Of a DNA stretch of 64,000 bases, positions 7,800 through 15,520 are shown one piece after another. Below the pieces are notes generated by a model. It worked only from the letters and a program-made list of their open reading frames with translations. It was not told where the DNA came from and ran no database searches. Location of the stretch: the IMG/VR virus record IMGVR_UViG_3300011888_000003; one strand, written 5' to 3'. The translations under genes and the position numbers were made by a program. Each line of letters starts with the position of its first letter. The stretch's first letter is position 1. The stretch comes from an uncultured virus (IMG/VR IMGVR_UViG_3300011888_000003). Lineage: Duplodnaviria; Heunggongvirae; Uroviricota; Caudoviricetes.

Positions 7800-8186
7800 A
7801 AGTTGTGTGTAACATTAAGTATTTGCTATGTGCCGGAGGTTGGGTAAGCCTCCGCGCTACATAACACCTACTATCTATGACCGGCACACCCCTGTGCGTC
7901 GCATAGAATACGAATCCCCTATCCGGTAGGACAGAAAGGAGACCTGATGTCGTGTTCCTACCAAGTAGGAATTACGACCGTCTTTTCACCAACCCCCATC
8001 AGGGTAAAGTTGGATATGTCCAAAGACGGAAGTGCTCATGCTCTGATGACGCAATCCCCCTACTGGACAGTAGGAAGAAAGCGAGAGCCTTCACCGATAC
8101 TCTGGTGCAATTCAATGAGGTGTGAAGGCTCTATCCCGAAGGAACAAGAGAGCGTCTGGGTGGAATTAGATTCCCCTCATTGAATC
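7800..8186 (-). ncRNA. putative large structured ncRNA (about 385 nt) with a 5' pseudoknot
   Basis: Two crossing perfect 11-bp helices (8175-8185/8110-8120 and 8122-8132/8084-8094) plus several more helices; no credible minus-strand CDS; begins at the predicted start site of a hairpin element. Confidence 0.7.
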
Positions 8187-8286
8187 AAAAGCAGAAGGCC
8201 GAAGGCCCTATGCTCTTTTGGTACTGATTCGCCTCCTCCAAGAAGAAGGAGACGATATCACAAACAGGTGGCGGAACGCCCTGCGC
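8184..8286 (-). promoter_or_regulatory. two GAA-triloop hairpin elements upstream of the ncRNA
   Basis: ATCA-AAAGCA-GAAGGCC-GAA-GGCCCTATGC (8184-8213) and ATCA-CAAACA-GGTGGCG-GAA-CGCCCTGCGC (8257-8286). Confidence 0.6.
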
Positions 8287-8294
8287 CCTTGCCC

Positions 8295-8531
8295 TTAAAA
8301 CGGTAAGCCGTTGTCTTCTGCTAAGACGAGAGGCTTACGCTTCAACTGTGCCGCAATGCGACGGTCATCGGCCTCGAACGCCAATCGTACCCGTGCCTCG
8401 GAAATCTCACGACGACGGTCGCTGTACATTCCCTGAAGCTGATGGGTCGACTGCTCCTCATACCAATGACAGGGATACGGTAGTACCAGTTTCAATTGTT
8501 GAATCAGTGTAGTGCGTGACATATTCGTCAC
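8295..8531 (-). CDS. hypothetical protein, C-terminus DNGLPF
   Basis: 78-aa ORF with AAGGAG RBS; GTG start or the downstream ATG. Confidence 0.65.
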   Translation of the reverse strand: MTNMSRTTLIQQLKLVLPYPCHWYEEQSTHQLQGMYSDRRREISEARVRLAFEADDRRIAAQLKRKPLVLAEDNGLPF

Positions 8532-8549
8532 TCCTTCCTATGTGTTTAT

Positions 8550-8579
8550 TTCCAACGAAGCGGGCGGAACGCCCTACGC
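8550..8579 (-). promoter_or_regulatory. GAA-triloop hairpin element
   Basis: TTCC-AACGAA-GCGGGCG-GAA-CGCCCTACGC. Confidence 0.5.
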
Positions 8580-8647
8580 TCTTGCAGTGTGAGAAACAAT
8601 AGCCGAAGGCCCACCTTAGATAGGCAGGCCGTTCGACAAAGCGTGGC

Positions 8648-9991
8648 TCAGTTTGTAACACCTGCACGCTGTTTAGCTGTAATCTCTGTCATGTTGACAG
8701 GATTGTAGTCATGAGAAGCAGGGAACTGTTTCTGCACGACTTCTTGCCCGATACGACGAGTAGCAAGTAATGACCATGGGCAGATGTTGACTTGTGCACC
8801 ACGGAGTTTCTTGTACAGACGTGTAGCGACATCTTCTTTGCCATGTGGCATGAAGCGGATGACGTTGTCAGCGCCTTGTACAGCGGCTTTGCGAAGCTCA
8901 TAAGCATTACCATTGACCTCGATGATAGCGTCAGCCATCGAGCGAATAGCAGAGCTCATACGAGCAGGAGAGAAGATGTTACGCGCCTTCTCTTCTTCGA
9001 GCGTATCGCAATACTTTTGGAAGTGCTGTTTGTTCGTGAAAAGAATCAATTTGACATTAGGATGCACCTTCTTGATTTCTTTCCAAACAAACGGAATCGC
9101 AAACACTTCTAAGCCATTGAACTCTCCGACATGGAACGTATCCACCCCACGTTGAATCATACCAAGCATCGTCATGTGAAGCGCATGTGCAACCTCTTTC
9201 ATGAAGACGCCTGTCTGATGATGGTGTGAGAGACGACCGCTGTTGAAGACCGAGCTGAGCTCAGTAGGTGCGGCGATGACGGCTACATTGTTCGCTTTAG
9301 CGACTGTGACAGGTTTAGAGACCTGTTTCACTTCCTCCTTCACCTCCACTGGAGTGTCTTGTTTGACGGGCTCCTTGACTTCTTCCTTGACTGATGCGAC
9401 CTCTTCTTTGATGACAGGATTCTTTGCATAAGAAGCAATCAAATCATCCATTGACTCTTCGCTTGAAGCACCAGGGATTTTGACTTTGTCGAGGATAGAC
9501 AACGGCTTCTTCTCAACGACAGGTGTTTCGACAGGTGCTTGTTTGCTAAGCTCTTGTGAAAGAGCGTTCACAGCACCAGCATCTTGCATGTCTTGCATGT
9601 TTGACTCAACATCTTCGTTGCGTTCTTCTTTCTCGATGACTTCATCTTCGTCTTCATCGTCTTCGTCTAACTCATCGTAGAAGTTTTTGACTTCCATCGT
9701 TTTCATAGACTCTTTGAGCTCATCGATGACGACTTTGTTGCGAGCTTCTTGCGAAAGCTCAGCTTCTTCTTCTGAATCAGCGTCCGACATGTCTTCTTCC
9801 ATCTGTGCAAAAGCAGACAAGTTCTCTGCTTCTTCGTTGACTTCAACTTCAGTGACTTCGACTTCAGTGACAGTAGTGACGACAGATTGTGCTTTGAACG
9901 TTTCAAACATCTCGTTCAACTTAGCAGTTGTTTCATTCACGAGGTTTACTTGTGCTTGCATCATTTCGATAGTTACTGTTACGTTTGTCAT
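8648..9991 (-). CDS. acidic low-complexity N-terminus fused to a divergent SLOG/YspA-like domain
   Basis: E/D-rich first half; C-terminal RGVDTFHVGEFNGLEVFA...IKKVHPNVKLILF...ADAIIEV resembles DUF1273. Confidence 0.55.
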   Translation of the reverse strand: MTNVTVTIEMMQAQVNLVNETTAKLNEMFETFKAQSVVTTVTEVEVTEVEVNEEAENLSAFAQMEEDMSDADSEEEAELSQEARNKVVIDELKESMKTMEVKNFYDELDEDDEDEDEVIEKEERNEDVESNMQDMQDAGAVNALSQELSKQAPVETPVVEKKPLSILDKVKIPGASSEESMDDLIASYAKNPVIKEEVASVKEEVKEPVKQDTPVEVKEEVKQVSKPVTVAKANNVAVIAAPTELSSVFNSGRLSHHHQTGVFMKEVAHALHMTMLGMIQRGVDTFHVGEFNGLEVFAIPFVWKEIKKVHPNVKLILFTNKQHFQKYCDTLEEEKARNIFSPARMSSAIRSMADAIIEVNGNAYELRKAAVQGADNVIRFMPHGKEDVATRLYKKLRGAQVNICPWSLLATRRIGQEVVQKQFPASHDYNPVNMTEITAKQRAGVTN

Positions 9992-10068
9992 GTTAATTTT
10001 CCCCTTTCAAAGGAAAGAGCCCCTACTTTGTAGGAGCCCTTGAGAGTATTTGTATTACTTATCGGGTA

Positions 10069-11910
10069 TTACTTGCAGAACATTGTTGTTCCATCACATG
10101 AGAAGACATCTACGTCTTCAACCATCTCATCAGATGTCATGAGAAGGTAACGGTTACCATCGTTAAGGAGGTATCCGTTCGTGCCACCATCTTCGACGAG
10201 GAATTCGAATTCAAGACCAAGGATGACATCTGCACCGTGATGAGCGACGAGTTCACGACCATCTTGGTTGAGCTCGAATGCATAGAACTGTTGTGATGCG
10301 ACAGCCTCCATGACTTCTTCCTCTTGACGTGCCTCTTCGAGCGTTGAAGAAGCAATTGCTTCTCCGTTGAGCAAGAAGTCTTTCAACTTGATAGAAACAC
10401 CATCTTTACCAATCTGTGTTTCGTTGTACTCTTGGATGACAGCCGTATAGAACATATCATCAGAGACAAGTGGGAACGTCGAAGCAGATTTCGCATCGAT
10501 TTTGACTGGGAAGAATCCAGCTTCGAACAAGAGACCCATCGCATCTCCTTGACGAACGATTTGAACGATGTCGCCTACTCCATGCTTCTTCACTTGTTTC
10601 TTCGTGAAGAGTTCAGCAAGTCCTTCCGCACGTGCTGTAGCTGAATCGTGCGTGAAGAAGACGAACTGTGCTTCCGTTGGAGCATGGTAAACGAACGGTG
10701 TATCACTTTCGTTTGCAAGCTCCATGAGTGCCATCTTGATGCCTTTCATGAAGACGTCCCAAAGAATCGAGAAGTTCTTTGAGTCTTTCGCACCATCGTA
10801 TTGTTTGATATACGTGGCAATCGTGATTTTGAGCAATGCGTTCTCTTCGCCATGAGACTGAGCGAATTCGACGAGACCTGCTTGTTTGTGCCCTTCGATA
10901 GCTTTCGCATAGTCCTCATTTGCGAGACCGAGCACATACTTGTCGTGGTCCGTCATCGTTTTGTTGAGGAGAGATTTCTTGTCTCCTGTTGACATGTAGT
11001 CCGCAGTCCACATCTCAAGACCAGTCGACCAAGCATAGCGGTCTTCTTCACGCATACCGCTTTTGATGAACGCCTCAGAGTTCATGAGGTTGCGTTCACC
11101 GAGTGCTTTGATGGCTTTCTTTTCGAACCCTTTGCGGAGTTCGTCAATCTTCTTGAACTCAGAGATAGCTTTTGAAATCCAAGAAGAGCCAATAACTGCG
11201 CCATCTTTCATTTCTTCTTCTGTCATACCAAGCTTCTCTTTGACAGTCGTCATTTCCTCGATGAGGTTTTGGTGAATACCGAAAGCGGCAGAGCTGAATC
11301 CAGCAATCTTGTAGACTTGACGTGCGAAGTCTGCTGATGCTTGGACAGAAGAGTTACGATGCGTAACATTAATACCTGACGTCATTTTCTGACGAGCCAA
11401 GTATTCTGGTTTAGCTTGTGATACTTTCAACTCTGTATCCATGATGCTTTCTTTCTCTTTGATGATAGCGACTTTCGCCTCTACATCAGCAAGAACGTTA
11501 CGGATTTTCCGTGACTGTTGAATTTCAACAATCAACGTTGAAGATACGAACGGGCCGAGTGTCACTGAGTACGTGTACTCGACCTTCTTCTTATCGACTG
11601 TCAATCCTTCCCACATGACGATAAGAGTGATGTCTTCTTTGACGACTGTTAAGCCTTTGTTGAACGGCTCCTCAATCAATTCATAGAACGCTTGAAGCTC
11701 TTTCTCTGACGATGCGTGAAGCATGACGAAGTCTGGACCGAACTTCGCCTTGAGTGAAGCGACAGCACGCTTCACGAGGATTGCGTCGACATCAGTCAAC
11801 TCAGATGCGTTGACTTGGAAGCTATCGACGGCAAATGCTTTGCCCATGATAGCTGTGAGCTTCTCCTCCGTTGTTAATTCTTTCTTCTTACTGTTTGTTT
11901 GTTCTGACAT
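10069..11910 (-). CDS. hypothetical 613-aa protein next to the RNA polymerase gene (possible accessory subunit)
   Basis: Long ORF with AAAGGAG RBS; function inferred from position only. Confidence 0.75.
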   Translation of the reverse strand: MSEQTNSKKKELTTEEKLTAIMGKAFAVDSFQVNASELTDVDAILVKRAVASLKAKFGPDFVMLHASSEKELQAFYELIEEPFNKGLTVVKEDITLIVMWEGLTVDKKKVEYTYSVTLGPFVSSTLIVEIQQSRKIRNVLADVEAKVAIIKEKESIMDTELKVSQAKPEYLARQKMTSGINVTHRNSSVQASADFARQVYKIAGFSSAAFGIHQNLIEEMTTVKEKLGMTEEEMKDGAVIGSSWISKAISEFKKIDELRKGFEKKAIKALGERNLMNSEAFIKSGMREEDRYAWSTGLEMWTADYMSTGDKKSLLNKTMTDHDKYVLGLANEDYAKAIEGHKQAGLVEFAQSHGEENALLKITIATYIKQYDGAKDSKNFSILWDVFMKGIKMALMELANESDTPFVYHAPTEAQFVFFTHDSATARAEGLAELFTKKQVKKHGVGDIVQIVRQGDAMGLLFEAGFFPVKIDAKSASTFPLVSDDMFYTAVIQEYNETQIGKDGVSIKLKDFLLNGEAIASSTLEEARQEEEVMEAVASQQFYAFELNQDGRELVAHHGADVILGLEFEFLVEDGGTNGYLLNDGNRYLLMTSDEMVEDVDVFSCDGTTMFCK

Positions 11911-11919
11911 AGTCGAGAA

Positions 11920-11957
11920 CTCCTTTCGTACCTCATCCAGTTTCTCTGGCTTGTTGG
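11920..11957 (-). promoter_or_regulatory. conserved 5'-leader motif, copy 1
   Basis: CCAACAAG-CCAG(agaaa)CUGG-AUGAGG-uacg-AAAGGAG. Confidence 0.6.
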
Positions 11958-11962
11958 CAATG

Positions 11963-12031
11963 CGACCTATCTCATCAGTATGGGGCTGGTCAATACCCCA
12001 CAGAGCCCCTCCGAAGAGGGACTTTCGAAAA
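11963..12031 (-). ncRNA. type II hammerhead ribozyme
   Basis: UUC-GAAA-GUCCCUC(uucg)GAGGGGC-UC^-UGUGGGG(uauugaccag)CCCCAUA-CUGAUGA-GA; loop UGACC can pair with downstream GGUCG; predicted cut between 12003 and 12002; stem II is short. Confidence 0.85.
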
Positions 12032-12050
12032 GTCCTTCCGAAGAAGGACC
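12027..12050 (-). terminator. hairpin/terminator directly after the RNAP gene
   Basis: GGUCCUUC-UUCG-GAAGGACU-UUUC. Confidence 0.55.
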
Positions 12051-12056
12051 AAGAGA

Positions 12057-14876
12057 TTAAACGAATAGACGTACAGGGAAGAAGTGCTCTGATTTTGCAT
12101 GATACAAGAGCTCTTCTGGTGTTGGGTTTGTTTCAAACACATCGACGATGTGGCTGAGTGGCTCATCAAATGCTCCACCGTGTTTCGCCTCATCAATCGC
12201 CCAACGGACGATACATACCAACCAGTTAGCGATGTCTTCATAGTTACCGTACTCAACAGCAAGCAGGTAACGTTGGTGCGTCATTTCGAGCTTTTCTTGT
12301 GCATTCTCAGAGACAGCGATATCCTCTGAAAGCACGATGATGTCACGTTGGATATCAAGTAAGATATCTTCAACGTTCATCAAGCGGTTCGTCCACTTAC
12401 CGATAGACGAGACTTTCGCTGTCGCAACGATGTGAGCCGCCGCCATACGGTTGAAGACGTAGTACACGAGCTTCGCACGTTCTTCGTCGAGAACGTCTGC
12501 TTTATCGAACTTCAGTGTCCACGTGCGTGAACCGTTGACAACTTCTTGTTCGACGTTAAGCTTGTTGGCTTCGATGAAATCACCAACAAGAGCAAAGACG
12601 TCTGGTGCTTCTTCAGGACGCGCCCATGGGCAACCTCCTTCAACTTCTCCGTTTTCATCTTTGAAGAAGTCGAGCATTTTAACTTTATTTTTGAAGCTGT
12701 TGACAACATACTGGTTGAAGATAACCAAGCAAGTGTCACCGTCAAAGTCAGCGCCAGACATCGCTTCTGTCGTCATATCGACAGAGTTGAACAAGACCAA
12801 CCCTTTGAAGAATCCAGCTTTCGCCGCTTCGACGTAATAGCGCATTGCTTCTTCGTTCGCAAGCGTATCAACAGCGAGAACTTTACGGACTTCCTCTTTC
12901 TTGAGGATTGGGTAACGGACAGCGAGGAAGTAACCACGACGCAAGTTCCCTTTGCTGTCGACGACAATCGCACAACCAGCAGGGATAGAATCAACGTACT
13001 TGACGACTGGTTCTTTCCCATCGAACAGTTCATCGACAACTCCTTGGATGGCTTTCACGACCATGAAGATATCGAAGCCCATGTGACGCATTTTAGCGTC
13101 CTTGACCAAGATGCCACCTTTCTTGATTTTCTCAAGTGGCTTCGTTAACAAGTTTTGAACTTTACGTTTGACTGCCATATCCTTGATGATTTCAGGATTC
13201 GTTGAGAGCAAATTCTTGATGTCGATTAAGACATCATCCATCATGACATTCTTGTCGATTTCTTCTTCTTCGACCTCGACTTCCACTTCTTCTGCGTCTG
13301 CATCTTCATCAGCAGAAGTATCGCCTTTCTCCATCTTGTCGTAGTAGTCTGACTCGACGTTGAGGAGTTTGAGTGCCATCTTGCCGTCAAACGGTGCAGA
13401 CTTGACGTAAGATGCTGTGAACATGTTGAGAAGCTTCATGTTCTTTTGTGGGACGTCCATCGCGAGCAATGCTTGCGTTGCGACGAGTGCCATATCCTCT
13501 TCCTCTTCCATCCGTGATGCTTGGACGATAGAGAGTTTGAACGACCCATCAAGAAGCGATGGGAGAAGGTCGAGCTTCATTGCTCCATCCATGAAGACCA
13601 TGTCCGCTCCAGTCATCTGACGGAGTTTGTACGTGCCGTAAGCGAACGGCTTAAGACCATTCGCACCACGAGCTTGTACGGACTGGCCTTCGTCTTTCAT
13701 GTTGCCTTCCTGTTTGAGGTAGTAAGCTACCTCTTCAGAGAAGAGGATACCGCCATCCGTCATGTTCTTGACGAATTCGATATCTTCTTCGATGAGTTTC
13801 GGCATTTCAGCGCGTTGAACGATGACTGCACGTTCTGTTACCGTACGCATCATATCACCAATCAAGATGATACGACGTTTCCGGCCGTTGAGCATTTTGT
13901 GCTTAGACTGCAACACAGTGACGTGTTCTTTCTTGCCAACACCATTCGTGTAGTCACCCTCACGGATGATTTCCATCTCACCGAACAATGCTTCCATTAC
14001 CGTTGAAAAGCGTGACCCTGAAGCCGCCATATCCAGACGTTTCGGGTCCTTATCGATTTTGAACTTCCACTTGCCATCTTGCTCTCCACCGTAGACAGAG
14101 AGTTCGAATGACGCATTGAACCGGCTGTATACAGCAGTGACACGAAGATTGTGGTCTTTAAGCTTCTGCTCAAGAGTCGGACGGTTCGCGCGAGCAAACT
14201 CATAGAATGCCGCTTCCCCTTTCCGAGTTTGGGCTGGTGACGCCGAATTTGGCGTATAGAGAATCAATTCTTGCCCGTTGTGAAGTGCAATACCATTCAA
14301 AATGAATTTTTGAACGATTTTGGCAAGTTCGAGCAATGACATCTTGAAGAGCTTCGCGTACTGCTTTGTGAGCATGAACGCGAGTTCTTCAACGACTGGC
14401 ACAACACGGAAGTTGAGTTGCTTCGTGTTGTCGAACGCTTTAACGACAGACGTTTCAATGACTTTGCGGTCATTGTTTTGACGCGTGTACATTTCGAAAT
14501 CGTTGAACTCACACAAGTCACGGACAAGATGGTTTTCCGAGTTGCGTTGAACGAGCGTGTTCGAAAGTAAACGAGAAGTCTTAACATCAACGAGTGAATG
14601 CATAACGCCCGCTTCATCTTTTTCGAATCCACGGATGTAGATGAACGGCGTTACGTTATCACGTAATACGTATCCATCTCCTTTAAGCGTCAACATTTTA
14701 CGAAGAGCCGCGACACGTTGTGCTTTCTCTCCTTCAATTAAGACTGTCTCGCCGTTAACGATAAATGCCAGCACATATTCGCGTGCTGACAAGTTGAATG
14801 ATGGTGCCTTTGGTCCGTGATGACGAACCTTAATCTCTGCGTTTACTGCCTTTTTGAAACTGTTTGATACTGCCAT
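12057..14876 (-). CDS. YonO-like / cellular-RdRP-like single-subunit two-barrel RNA polymerase (939 aa)
   Basis: Ordered motifs SPAQTRKG, TDGGILFSEE, SVQARG..GLKP, AVRYP, MSGADFDGD (12735-12749), IGKWTN and AIDEAKHG. Confidence 0.88.
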   Translation of the reverse strand: MAVSNSFKKAVNAEIKVRHHGPKAPSFNLSAREYVLAFIVNGETVLIEGEKAQRVAALRKMLTLKGDGYVLRDNVTPFIYIRGFEKDEAGVMHSLVDVKTSRLLSNTLVQRNSENHLVRDLCEFNDFEMYTRQNNDRKVIETSVVKAFDNTKQLNFRVVPVVEELAFMLTKQYAKLFKMSLLELAKIVQKFILNGIALHNGQELILYTPNSASPAQTRKGEAAFYEFARANRPTLEQKLKDHNLRVTAVYSRFNASFELSVYGGEQDGKWKFKIDKDPKRLDMAASGSRFSTVMEALFGEMEIIREGDYTNGVGKKEHVTVLQSKHKMLNGRKRRIILIGDMMRTVTERAVIVQRAEMPKLIEEDIEFVKNMTDGGILFSEEVAYYLKQEGNMKDEGQSVQARGANGLKPFAYGTYKLRQMTGADMVFMDGAMKLDLLPSLLDGSFKLSIVQASRMEEEEDMALVATQALLAMDVPQKNMKLLNMFTASYVKSAPFDGKMALKLLNVESDYYDKMEKGDTSADEDADAEEVEVEVEEEEIDKNVMMDDVLIDIKNLLSTNPEIIKDMAVKRKVQNLLTKPLEKIKKGGILVKDAKMRHMGFDIFMVVKAIQGVVDELFDGKEPVVKYVDSIPAGCAIVVDSKGNLRRGYFLAVRYPILKKEEVRKVLAVDTLANEEAMRYYVEAAKAGFFKGLVLFNSVDMTTEAMSGADFDGDTCLVIFNQYVVNSFKNKVKMLDFFKDENGEVEGGCPWARPEEAPDVFALVGDFIEANKLNVEQEVVNGSRTWTLKFDKADVLDEERAKLVYYVFNRMAAAHIVATAKVSSIGKWTNRLMNVEDILLDIQRDIIVLSEDIAVSENAQEKLEMTHQRYLLAVEYGNYEDIANWLVCIVRWAIDEAKHGGAFDEPLSHIVDVFETNPTPEELLYHAKSEHFFPVRLFV

Positions 14877-15001
14877 TCTAAATTACCCCTTTGCGTCAAG
14901 TGCGCCCACGATGTCGTAGTTTAAGGTCCTCGCCAAGACCACTTCTTCTATATGAAAAGCCCTCTTATACGAATGGGTACAAGAGAGCTTTATAAATAGA
15001 A

Positions 15002-15037
15002 GAATCCCCCTCAAGAAGAGAGGGATTTCTTTTTTTA
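15002..15037. terminator. possibly bidirectional terminator hairpin
   Basis: GAATCCCCCTC-AAGAA-GAGAGGGATTTC followed by a T-run. Confidence 0.45.
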
Positions 15038-15352
15038 GAAGATTGGCGCTTGTTCTGCCAATTTCTTAACTTTTACTGTGCGTGTTCGGAGTTTGTATGC
15101 AAGATTTTTCTCCCACGTGCAGAATTGATTTTCTAGGATTTCCGCACATTCATCTGCCATCCATTGACGGATTCTATCCTCTTGAAGAAGTGACATTGGT
15201 GTTACTTCGATAAGAAGAGTTAACAAATCCTCTGCTTCTTTGATTGTTGAATCACCATCAAGAAGCTGACCTGTGATTTCATGAAGCTTAGCAGAGAATG
15301 CTGGTTGACGAAGTACATAAGTGTGGAGTTCTGAAAAAGTGAAGTTTGACAT
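15035..15352 (-). CDS. hypothetical protein
   Basis: 105-aa ORF with AAAGGGG RBS. Confidence 0.7.
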   Translation of the reverse strand: MSNFTFSELHTYVLRQPAFSAKLHEITGQLLDGDSTIKEAEDLLTLLIEVTPMSLLQEDRIRQWMADECAEILENQFCTWEKNLAYKLRTRTVKVKKLAEQAPIF

Positions 15353-15360
15353 TGGGATTT

Positions 15361-15398
15361 TCCCCTTTCGCCCTCATCCGGTTTCTCCGGCTTATTGG
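15361..15398 (-). promoter_or_regulatory. conserved 5'-leader motif, copy 2
   Basis: CCAAUAAG-CCGG(agaaa)CCGG-AUGAGG-gcg-AAAGGGG. Confidence 0.6.
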
Positions 15399-15520
15399 AT
15401 GTTCTTATCTGGTAAGACCTCCCTATTGAAGCAATAGAGAAGCCTTATACAAATAAGAACCCCCTATATAGACCCCCCTTTATAGAGGGGCCTTATATAG
15501 AGGGCCTTTATATGGACCCC

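Noticed and set aside
7947..8183. 78-aa plus-strand ORF in the ncRNA locus
   Set aside because: Opposite to all neighbouring genes and promoter elements, with no recognisable protein features; dense base-pairing explains the region better, although an AAAGGAG precedes it so it is not fully excluded
7800..8186. tmRNA, RNase P RNA, tRNA cluster or group I intron identity for the large RNA
   Set aside because: No tRNA-like ends or T-arm, no GAGGAAAGUCC, and none of the group I core strings found in the terL introns
1201..8615. CRISPR array or integron attC array interpretation of the repeated hairpins
   Set aside because: Spacing is irregular (about 55 bp to over 2 kb) and whole genes lie between copies; no cas or integrase gene in the window and no attC GTTRRRY ends
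11920..11945. Leader motif CUGGAUGAGG..CGAAA read as a minimal hammerhead
   Set aside because: Extra G in the core, no stem III or cleavage triplet, and the third copy lacks GAAA
11910..12057. Intron joining the RNAP ORF to the 613-aa ORF
   Set aside because: The 146-nt gap is fully accounted for by terminator hairpin, hammerhead, leader motif and an independent RBS
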